The notes below the pieces were generated by a model. The model did not search any database and was not told the DNA's origin. It saw only the letters and a list, made by a program, of their open reading frames with translations. Positions 1-5,750 of a stretch of DNA of 24,200 bases are shown in pieces. Position 1 is the first letter of the stretch. Each line of letters starts with the position of its first letter. This DNA comes from a virus (taxonomy: Duplodnaviria > Caudoviricetes). The DNA lies in IMG/VR virus record IMGVR_UViG_3300043395_000857, positions 1 to 24,200 of that record. One strand, given 5' to 3'. The translations under genes were made by a program, and so were the position numbers.

Positions 1-342
1 CAGATGAGCACTTTGTGTGAGTTTGTGTCTGAACGCAAGGCAACAGAAATCAAAAAAGTCATCAATTCTTACATCCGTGAGGGTAAGGAGGTGGATGAGC
101 ATGAAATTGCAGAAAATTACGATGTTGACATCAACCTGCTGCGTTTGTGGAAGTTGGTGTACTCTATCAAGATGGATTTGTTCTTCTTCATTCGCACTGA
201 TAATAGCATCCAGTGCTCCATCAACGGAGAGAAGTCTGACCATGAGGGTTATGTCATGACCAATAAGTTTGGCATGATGAAAGTTGTTGATCGTCATCAA
301 TTCTCTCGTGCTAACTTCAACATGGTGCGGAATTGGGGGTAA
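1..342 (+). CDS. C-terminal part of a phage protein with EGYV...KVVDRxxFSxxNF motif (possible ligase/nucleotidyltransferase-like fold); probably begins upstream of the window
   Basis: Frame is open from base 1 (CAG ATG...) to TAA 340-342. HEGYV followed by K resembles nucleotidyltransferase motifs IV/V; this is recall only. Confidence 0.55.
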   Translation, partial: QMSTLCEFVSERKATEIKKVINSYIREGKEVDEHEIAENYDVDINLLRLWKLVYSIKMDLFFFIRTDNSIQCSINGEKSDHEGYVMTNKFGMMKVVDRHQFSRANFNMVRNWG

Positions 343-344
343 TT

Positions 345-376
345 AAAGTTACTCACCTCCAAAGTGTACCTATAGT
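345..376 (+). repeat. 32-bp intergenic element, copy 1 (AAAGTTACTCACCTCCAAAGTGTACCTATAGT); putative early promoter/cassette boundary
   Basis: Read directly. Starts 2 nt after TAA(342) and is immediately followed by ATG(377). Confidence 0.95.
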
Positions 377-616
377 ATGAGCAACAACATCGTTTCCGAA
401 GTCTACTCCTACCACACAAACTGGAAGGAAGGTAAAGTCAATCAAATGTGGATTGAGCAAATCACTGACAAAGAGTGCGATAATCTCTTTGTTGCTGTTG
501 CACACAATCCTCGCAATGGTTCTACAATGGAGATGAGCAACCCTCGCACATCTTACTACGAAACTCTACAATGGGTTCGCAACTGGTGCGGCACTTTCTG
601 TATTCTTCCTGCCTGA
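377..616 (+). CDS. hypothetical phage protein (79 aa)
   Basis: ORF track; ATG abuts repeat copy 1, no Shine-Dalgarno. Confidence 0.8.
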   Translation: MSNNIVSEVYSYHTNWKEGKVNQMWIEQITDKECDNLFVAVAHNPRNGSTMEMSNPRTSYYETLQWVRNWCGTFCILPA

Positions 617-626
617 TTGATTGAAA

Positions 627-956
627 ATGATTACTACAACCGAACTTCTGGATTTTCTCTGTAAAGCACAGAAACTTTCTCCTTCTGGTGCAACCTTTCG
701 TCAAACTGATGAAGGTTATAAAATCACTCTGTATTGTGATTGGTGTGTTGATGGCGACTTCTACAATCAAACTGTGTTCATTGATAATGAAGGTGAATCC
801 AGTTGGAATAATGGAGGAGACTATGATTTTTACACGATGGACAACATTCTAGATGAAATGCTTGTGAAACAACAAGAGAAAGAAATCAAGGCACAAAAGC
901 GTAAAGAATTGATCGAAACTCTCACACCTGAACAACGAGAACTGCTAGGAGTTTGA
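627..956 (+). CDS. hypothetical phage protein, C-terminal LTPEQRELLGV motif
   Basis: ORF 621-956; ATG at 627 preferred over TTG 621; C-terminal charged helix. Confidence 0.8.
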   Translation: MITTTELLDFLCKAQKLSPSGATFRQTDEGYKITLYCDWCVDGDFYNQTVFIDNEGESSWNNGGDYDFYTMDNILDEMLVKQQEKEIKAQKRKELIETLTPEQRELLGV

Positions 957-958
957 TT

Positions 959-1120
959 ATGAAAAACTATCGCATTCGAGTCGAAACTTATGATGGATGT
1001 GTTACCATCTGGCATGAGAAATCAAAAGCAAAGACTGCTGATAAATTGATTCTCAACCGTGTCTACAACCAACTGTGTGGACTCAATGTAAAAGAAATCT
1101 CCGTCACTCCTTCTGTTTGA
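959..1120 (+). CDS. small hypothetical protein (53 aa, MKNYRIRVETYDGCVTIWHE...)
   Basis: Translated by hand; exactly fills the gap between TGA(956) and ATG(1123), with TGATTATG junctions on both sides. Confidence 0.75.
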   Translation: MKNYRIRVETYDGCVTIWHEKSKAKTADKLILNRVYNQLCGLNVKEISVTPSV

Positions 1121-1122
1121 TT

Positions 1123-1281
1123 ATGACTAACAAAACGCAACTTTTTGAGTTTCTGTATGAAACCTGCCAAAAGAATAATGGTGTCTTAGCAGATACTTTG
1201 CATAACTACATTTCCTCCTTGGATGAGGTGGAACTTTGTGAACTTGAAGACTTCCTTGTAAACAATTTTGGAGACAACTGA
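1123..1281 (+). CDS. small hypothetical protein (52 aa, MTNKTQLFEFLYE...)
   Basis: In-frame ATG 1123 inside track ORF 1075-1281, after a TGATTATG junction. Confidence 0.7.
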   Translation: MTNKTQLFEFLYETCQKNNGVLADTLHNYISSLDEVELCELEDFLVNNFGDN

Positions 1282-1283
1282 TT

Positions 1284-1691
1284 ATGGCAACTCGTTCCCG
1301 AATTGGTATTCAACTCTCTGATGATTCCATCCTCTCTGTGTATTGTCATTGGGATGGTTATCCTGAGTTTAATGGTGTGAAACTCATTGAACATTTCAAC
1401 AGTTATGATAAAGCATCAGAACTGATTGATGGTGGTGACATCTCTGCACTGTGGACAAATGTAGGATGGAACAATGAAACTCTAGAGAATCTTGGTCCTC
1501 TGTATTATTCCTCTCGTGGTGAAGATCTTGCTCCTCGATTAGATTCTGATTTGTGTGAGTATCTGCTACCTGATGGTGCAGAAGAGTATCACTACCTCTT
1601 CACAAATGGTGAATGGGTGTGCTACAATATGAATCAATTCGACAACAAACTCCCCCAAATCGTTCAAATCCCTGAAGGTGCAGTAGCATGA
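1284..1691 (+). CDS. conserved phage hypothetical protein with MxTRSxIG...YCHWDGYP motif (135 aa)
   Basis: ORF track; the YxHxDGYP motif is recalled from many phage proteins of unknown function. Confidence 0.85.
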   Translation: MATRSRIGIQLSDDSILSVYCHWDGYPEFNGVKLIEHFNSYDKASELIDGGDISALWTNVGWNNETLENLGPLYYSSRGEDLAPRLDSDLCEYLLPDGAEEYHYLFTNGEWVCYNMNQFDNKLPQIVQIPEGAVA

Positions 1692-1831
1692 AATGCGAAG
1701 TTAAACTCTACATTGCGGGCAAAGTCTTTACGGAGACTGTAGAAGCACGAAACTATCAGGATGCTCGTGAGACTGCTCTCGCCCGCAATCCTACAGCAAA
1801 GGTGATTGGAGTCAACGCAGTTTTCAAGTGA
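1688..1831 (+). CDS. small hypothetical protein (47 aa, MKCEVKLYIAGKVFTETVEARNYQDARETALARNP...)
   Basis: Translated by hand; ATGA overlap with upstream stop; ends 2 nt before repeat copy 2. Confidence 0.8.
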   Translation: MKCEVKLYIAGKVFTETVEARNYQDARETALARNPTAKVIGVNAVFK

Positions 1832-1833
1832 TA

Positions 1834-1865
1834 AAAGTTACTCACCTCGAAAGTGTACCTATAGT
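1834..1865 (+). repeat. 32-bp element, copy 2 (…CTCG…)
   Basis: AAAGTTACTCACCTCGAAAGTGTACCTATAGT; 17-nt leader to ATG 1883. Confidence 0.95.
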
Positions 1866-1882
1866 ATAACCACCTGATTCTG

Positions 1883-2110
1883 ATGACTGTCATCAACCAA
1901 CCACGAACAATTAACGGAACAGAGTATCAAACTCCAACCGTTGATGGTATGGATCGTGTTCAGATTAACAATCGTTTGCATTATATCAATGTGGAGATTG
2001 ACAAACTTCGTGCTACTCAAACTGCACTGATTGAGATGCGTAACCAACTCGATCGACATAATGAAATGTTAGAGATGGGTGATCTGTTTGACGAAATGTT
2101 CGGAGGTTGA
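1883..2110 (+). CDS. hypothetical phage protein (75 aa, coiled-coil-like C-half)
   Basis: ORF track; first gene after repeat copy 2. Confidence 0.8.
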   Translation: MTVINQPRTINGTEYQTPTVDGMDRVQINNRLHYINVEIDKLRATQTALIEMRNQLDRHNEMLEMGDLFDEMFGG

Positions 2111-2141
2111 TAGAATAGATCAATGGGAATGAGTTTGCCCC

Positions 2142-2153
2142 AAAGTTACTCAC
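2142..2153 (+). repeat. truncated left part (AAAGTTACTCAC) of the 32-bp element
   Basis: 12/12 match to positions 1-12 of the element, then diverges. Confidence 0.8.
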
Positions 2154-2186
2154 TATTCACTCGACACTAACGGAGTTAGTTCAATT

Positions 2187-2744
2187 ATGACAATCGCAAA
2201 TCTTATCGATCACCTGGAAACTGGTGTAAATTGGAACAAAGTTTTCGGTGTAGTTTGTTCCACTTATGGTGACAAAGGTTTCACCTCTCGTGCAGACAAC
2301 TTCACCAAGTCAACAACTATTGAAAAGGCACTTGCAAAGTTTTCTGATCTTAACCGCGTAGATCAGATTGGTTATGACTTCATGTATGGTGGTCTCAAAG
2401 TAGAACTGAAGATGCGTCAGAATCTGTTCTACAAGAGAACACCACATCAGACGCAAGTGATCAAGATGAAGAACTTTCAAGGTAACAAAAAGACCCTGGA
2501 AGATTTCAAGAACGATCAAACATTTGATGTTGCAATCATTCTGTGTTTGACTACATTTCAGGTGATTGTTGTAGAAGATGATGTAGCACGAGATCGATAC
2601 TTTGCAGATGGTGATGGAGTCTTTGCAAAGTTTGGTTTGGGAGACTACTACAAGTGTGACATTGGTGAAGTTAATCCCATAATTCCTCCGACTTCACTAT
2701 CTGAACAGATTCAGCAAGCAATCGACAATCACCTGAACTTTTGA
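2187..2744 (+). CDS. putative PD-(D/E)XK-family nuclease-like protein (185 aa)
   Basis: Helix with E (TTIEKALA) followed by GYDF-x5-KVELK; GGAG Shine-Dalgarno upstream. Confidence 0.55.
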   Translation: MTIANLIDHLETGVNWNKVFGVVCSTYGDKGFTSRADNFTKSTTIEKALAKFSDLNRVDQIGYDFMYGGLKVELKMRQNLFYKRTPHQTQVIKMKNFQGNKKTLEDFKNDQTFDVAIILCLTTFQVIVVEDDVARDRYFADGDGVFAKFGLGDYYKCDIGEVNPIIPPTSLSEQIQQAIDNHLNF

Positions 2745-2751
2745 GTCCTTC

Positions 2752-2783
2752 AAAGTTACTCACCTCGAAAGTGTACCTATAGT
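2752..2783 (+). repeat. 32-bp element, copy 3
   Basis: AAAGTTACTCACCTCGAAAGTGTACCTATAGT immediately followed by ATG 2784. Confidence 0.95.
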
Positions 2784-3050
2784 ATGACCACTCCCGAAAC
2801 CATGATCGAGTTCCCCACACTGCAGTCTAAAGATGGTACAATGATCGTCGGTTTCTATCCTATCACTGATGCACCGAATCATGTTCTCAAGGTTCTATCT
2901 TGGAAAGGTGTTGATACCATCTCTCGCAAGTGCATCTGGAAAAGTGATGTAACTCGTGAAGTGAATGAGCGTCTGTCACTGGGATACTTTATCACTGGTG
3001 ATAACATCGGTTCTGAGCAAGATTGGAATCCTATGTGGGGTGCGTGCTGA
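2784..3050 (+). CDS. hypothetical phage protein (88 aa)
   Basis: ORF track; ATG abuts repeat copy 3. Confidence 0.8.
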   Translation: MTTPETMIEFPTLQSKDGTMIVGFYPITDAPNHVLKVLSWKGVDTISRKCIWKSDVTREVNERLSLGYFITGDNIGSEQDWNPMWGAC

Positions 3051-3211
3051 TGAAACATTCTAACACTGTTCGCATTATTGACAAACTCGGATTGTTTCCT
3101 GAGACAAGAGGAAAAGCCCGTTATCTTACAGTCAAGACATACAATCATGCGATGGAAATTGTAGACGAACAAAACAAACTTGGTAACATAGCAACACTGA
3201 TTAACTGGTAA
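3050..3211 (+). CDS. small hypothetical protein (53 aa, MKHSNTVRIIDKLG...)
   Basis: TGATG overlap at 3048-3052; in frame with track ORF 3023-3211. Confidence 0.75.
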   Translation: MKHSNTVRIIDKLGLFPETRGKARYLTVKTYNHAMEIVDEQNKLGNIATLINW

Positions 3212-3213
3212 TT

Positions 3214-3245
3214 AAAGTTACTCACCTCGAAAGTGTACCTATAGT
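3214..3245 (+). repeat. 32-bp element, copy 4
   Basis: Exact match to copies 2 and 3; 2 nt after TAA(3211); ATG at 3246. Confidence 0.95.
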
Positions 3246-3425
3246 ATGACACACACAAATCCTTATGTTCAGAACCTGATTGAGATGGGTTATGATCAAC
3301 AAGATGTAAAAGTTGCTTCTACGATGTTTCAAAAGCACACATTCCCATGTAATATTCATGGTCGGTATTTTGAGACTGAAGAACAATACTTTTCAGAACT
3401 TCATGATTACTTCAACGGATTGTAA
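3246..3425 (+). CDS. small hypothetical protein (59 aa, MTHTNPYVQNLIEMGYDQQDV...)
   Basis: Translated by hand (missing from track); ATG abuts repeat copy 4; TAA 3423-3425. Confidence 0.8.
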   Translation: MTHTNPYVQNLIEMGYDQQDVKVASTMFQKHTFPCNIHGRYFETEEQYFSELHDYFNGL

Positions 3426-3426
3426 G

Positions 3427-3621
3427 ATGAATTACTACAAGATCACTGACATCGAGTTTGATTTTGACTATGAAGATCTGACAGATGATGAACAAAATGA
3501 AATCATTCAAGAGACAGTCTCATGTCTGTGGACTTCACCAACTGAAGATGATCTAGCAGATACCATCACCAATAACACTGGATGGTGTATCAAATCCCTC
3601 TCTTATGACATCGTACAATGA
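3427..3621 (+). CDS. small acidic hypothetical protein (64 aa, MNYYKITDIEFDFD...GWCIKSLSY)
   Basis: In-frame ATG 3427 within track ORF 3313-3621, 1 nt after the upstream stop. Confidence 0.8.
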   Translation: MNYYKITDIEFDFDYEDLTDDEQNEIIQETVSCLWTSPTEDDLADTITNNTGWCIKSLSYDIVQ

Positions 3622-3767
3622 TTGAAATCCTGCTTGCATCTACCATCATCGGAGCAACTGAAATCGCCCCCAATGTTCTCCAAATTGACTACCTTACTCC
3701 GACGAATCAGATTGTCACTATTCTCGAAAATGTTGAACTCACAGGAGGAGAAATTGACCGTGATTGA
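3618..3767 (+). CDS. small hypothetical protein (49 aa, MIEILLASTIIGATEIAPNVLQIDYL...)
   Basis: Translated by hand; ATGA overlap; hydrophobic N-terminus. Confidence 0.7.
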   Translation: MIEILLASTIIGATEIAPNVLQIDYLTPTNQIVTILENVELTGGEIDRD

Positions 3768-3903
3768 AACTCAATTCTTTATACTGACTGCAGAACAATA
3801 CCAAGAACATCTACACGATGCAGAAAAACTGAATGTCACTCTAGACTATTATTTGTCTGAGTTCTGCGAAGTCCAAGGTCCTCTAATCACTCTCGAAAAA
3901 TGA
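3760..3903 (+). CDS. small hypothetical protein (47 aa, GTG start, ...LNVTLDYYLSEFCEV...)
   Basis: AGGAGGAG Shine-Dalgarno before GTG 3760; in frame with track ORF 3622-3903. Confidence 0.7.
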   Translation: MIETQFFILTAEQYQEHLHDAEKLNVTLDYYLSEFCEVQGPLITLEK

Positions 3904-4136
3904 TTCTCTACACTCCCGAAGATCACGGTTGTGCCTATACTATTGACACTGAGGGCACATTATACTACATTCCCATTCACTCTAATGGTATTCTCAACTT
4001 CGGTGAATTATGCGAGGTTGATTATGAAGAACTGCGAGATGGTGGTTATGAAGATGAAGTCCAAGAGGTTCATCAAAAGTTAATTCAAATGATGAAATCT
4101 GTGGGCGAATACTACATCCAAGCAGCAGTCAATTAA
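3900..4136 (+). CDS. hypothetical phage protein (78 aa)
   Basis: ORF track; ATGA overlap; its stop overlaps repeat copy 5. Confidence 0.8.
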   Translation: MILYTPEDHGCAYTIDTEGTLYYIPIHSNGILNFGELCEVDYEELRDGGYEDEVQEVHQKLIQMMKSVGEYYIQAAVN

Positions 4137-4166
4137 AGTTACTCACCTCCAAAGTGTACCTATAGT
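4135..4166 (+). repeat. 32-bp element, copy 5 (…CTCC…)
   Basis: Identical to copy 1; 19-nt leader to ATG 4186. Confidence 0.95.
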
Positions 4167-4185
4167 ATAGGACTCATTACCACTC

Positions 4186-4512
4186 ATGCGAAAGATCGAA
4201 AAGCAAATGAACGATGCCATCTCCAACCTGAAAGATGGTGAACAGTGGAAAAATGCTAACACTGTTGTTCGCAATCTTGGTGATGTTACTGAGGTTCTGC
4301 TTCATGGTAACAAGATTGCTGAACTTGGTGACTTTCACATCACTTTGTTCGATGGTGGTTGGCAATCAAACACTACCAAAAGCAGATTAAACGCACTTCT
4401 CCGTGCTCATGGTATTGGTAACGAATGTGTATTCCAAAAGAACTATGTTTGGAACTTCCGTATGTCTGATGGAACTACAATTCCCTTCTTCTCAGGTATG
4501 CGTCTGAACTGA
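4186..4512 (+). CDS. conserved cyanophage-type hypothetical protein (108 aa, LHGNKIA...GGWQSNTTKSRLNAL)
   Basis: ORF track; the TTKSRLNA motif is recalled from phage hypotheticals. Confidence 0.85.
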   Translation: MRKIEKQMNDAISNLKDGEQWKNANTVVRNLGDVTEVLLHGNKIAELGDFHITLFDGGWQSNTTKSRLNALLRAHGIGNECVFQKNYVWNFRMSDGTTIPFFSGMRLN

Positions 4513-4676
4513 TGAAAGTTATCACTGTTGCCCTATTGTCTGTTATCTTCTTTGCTTCATGTGTTGTAGGTCTGAAAACAATTAACCCAAAGATCGAAGC
4601 ACAGTGTATAGCAAAAGGAGGACAAGTCTTAGCAACTCCTGGTAAGTTTAGTTCCTGTCTTTACTCCGCAAAGTAA
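4512..4676 (+). CDS. small exported/lipoprotein-like protein (54 aa)
   Basis: Translated by hand: MKVITVALLSVIFFASC-VVGLK...CIAKGG...C; TGATG overlap. Confidence 0.7.
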   Translation: MKVITVALLSVIFFASCVVGLKTINPKIEAQCIAKGGQVLATPGKFSSCLYSAK

Positions 4677-4802
4677 ATGTCTAAGTTCCTGATTGGCGTC
4701 GTTGTTGGTATTGTACTCTCTACAGTAGGGTTCAACGGAATTGCATCTTTAGGCAATCGAGCTATCAACGGGATCGAAACATTCGCAACTCAGAATCAAT
4801 GA
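4677..4802 (+). CDS. small membrane peptide (41 aa, MSKFLIGVVVGIVLSTVGFNGIASLG...)
   Basis: Translated by hand; hydrophobic GxxxG N-terminus; followed by a terminator. Confidence 0.7.
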   Translation: MSKFLIGVVVGIVLSTVGFNGIASLGNRAINGIETFATQNQ

Positions 4803-4830
4803 AGAGACCCCATCTAAGGGGTCTTTTTTT
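4802..4830 (+). terminator. Rho-independent terminator
   Basis: AGACCCC-ATCTAA-GGGGTCT followed by a T tract. Confidence 0.9.
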
Positions 4831-4914
4831 ATGTCTAAAAACACAATATAACGATAAAAGTATATTAAAATGTATTATAAATGTGTTTTTAAATATACTT
4901 TAGTTGTTTAAATC

Positions 4915-4944
4915 ATTCTCAATAAGTGATGTTTTATTGAGAAT
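4915..4944. repeat. perfect 11-bp inverted repeat ATTCTCAATAA-N8-TTATTGAGAAT
   Basis: Read directly; adjacent hairpin AGGGTCT/AGACCCT at 4949-4975. Confidence 0.85.
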
Positions 4945-4987
4945 CAATAGGGTCTATTGTTGAGAATAAGACCCTTATATACCCATT

Positions 4988-5040
4988 TAAATGTGCTCAG
5001 GTCTTGCAACTTATGTCCTTATAAATGTGCTCAGGTCTTG
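4988..5040. repeat. two exact 19-bp direct repeats TAAATGTGCTCAGGTCTTG (4988-5006, 5022-5040)
   Basis: Read directly; period 34 bp. Confidence 0.9.
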
Positions 5041-5054
5041 TGATCTTTGCCTGC

Positions 5055-5083
5055 ATTCTACCACAACCGCAGAGAAATGTCAA
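5055..5083 (-). promoter_or_regulatory. sigma70-type promoter on minus strand, TTGACA-N17-TAGAAT with extended -10 TG
   Basis: Reverse complement of 5055-5083 reads TTGACA tttctctgcggttgtgg TAGAAT. Confidence 0.8.
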
Positions 5084-5158
5084 GACCCCCGAGTATCATA
5101 AAACCCCCACACATCTCCCCAAAACCATAAGGACTCCAAATAAATACCCACACCCCCA

Positions 5159-5187
5159 TTGACATTGACTCGGAGAAGTCTTATAGT
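5159..5187 (+). promoter_or_regulatory. sigma70-type promoter TTGACA-N17-TATAGT
   Basis: -35 at 5159-5164, -10 at 5182-5187, upstream of GGAG SD and ATG 5215. Confidence 0.8.
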
Positions 5188-5214
5188 ATTCCCATACACA
5201 TTCGGAGAACACTT

Positions 5215-5388
5215 ATGTCAGTTGCATACAGTCAGGCGCAAAAGGTCCGTTATCGTGTAACCCTGGATCTTGAGGTTTTCGCAGACTTCGACCCGCATCA
5301 AATGGACTGGGACAAACTCTTTAAGTTAGAACCTGCTGAGAAGTGTTCTGCGTATGTTGAGGACCTGAGCACACCCGATTCCTGGTGA
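5215..5388 (+). CDS. small conserved-looking cyanophage hypothetical protein (57 aa, MSVAYSQAQKVRYRVTLDLEV...)
   Basis: Translated by hand; has its own promoter and SD. Confidence 0.85.
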   Translation: MSVAYSQAQKVRYRVTLDLEVFADFDPHQMDWDKLFKLEPAEKCSAYVEDLSTPDSW

Positions 5389-5401
5389 TTCTCAGGGTCT
5401 C

Positions 5402-5433
5402 AAAGTTACTCACCTTGAAAGTGTACCTATAGT
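5402..5433 (+). repeat. 32-bp element, copy 6 (…CTTG…)
   Basis: AAAGTTACTCACCTTGAAAGTGTACCTATAGT; 35-nt A/C-rich leader to ATG 5469. Confidence 0.95.
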
Positions 5434-5468
5434 GTAAGGACCACTCAACCGACCTCACCAACACTCAC

Positions 5469-5750
5469 ATGCTGAACTTCATTCCTTATGCTGTTCGTCG
5501 TCCGTTCTACTATGTGATGGACCTGATTGCATGTTCTGATTTTCGTCGTGAAGAACTCTCCCGTATCTTCGATGCTTATGAGTATGAGCAATCGATGCAA
5601 ATCCTGGGGTTCGTCAACTATCTGGGTATGACAGGTCAGTTAGATGTTTGCAAGAACTTTGACCTGTTTGCTGATGTTGAAGATCTTGAGCAAGCAATCA
5701 ACAAGTGGAACGATTATAAGGCACAGATGAACACTTCTGTTCCTGCCTAA
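5469..5750 (+). CDS. hypothetical phage protein (93 aa)
   Basis: ORF track; follows repeat copy 6. Confidence 0.8.
   Translation: MLNFIPYAVRRPFYYVMDLIACSDFRREELSRIFDAYEYEQSMQILGFVNYLGMTGQLDVCKNFDLFADVEDLEQAINKWNDYKAQMNTSVPA

Noticed and set aside
345-376. Resemblance to a T7 promoter (ACTCAC...TATAG)
   Set aside because: A 14-nt insertion separates the two parts, and no single-subunit RNA polymerase gene is visible; T4-like phages use host RNAP.
3313-3759. Long N-termini of track ORFs 3313-3621 and 3622-3903 (also 1075, 3023, 6117)
   Set aside because: They overlap separate small genes in other frames; downstream starts at 3427, 3760, 1123, 3050 and 6252 fit the coupling pattern or have an SD.
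4515-4525. AAAGTTATCAC as another degenerate repeat copy
   Set aside because: Inside a coding start (MKVIT), needs a gap, and is short enough to be chance.
4988-5040. 19-bp repeat pair as a mini-CRISPR
   Set aside because: Only two repeats with a 15-nt spacer, both too short.
345-5433. 32-bp direct repeats as a CRISPR array
   Set aside because: Intervening segments are 430-1460 bp, variable and full of intact genes; no cas genes in the window.
345-5433. Classical integron attC sites
   Set aside because: No RYYYAAC...GTTRRRY-bounded long imperfect palindrome and no integrase in the window; the element has only weak hairpin potential.
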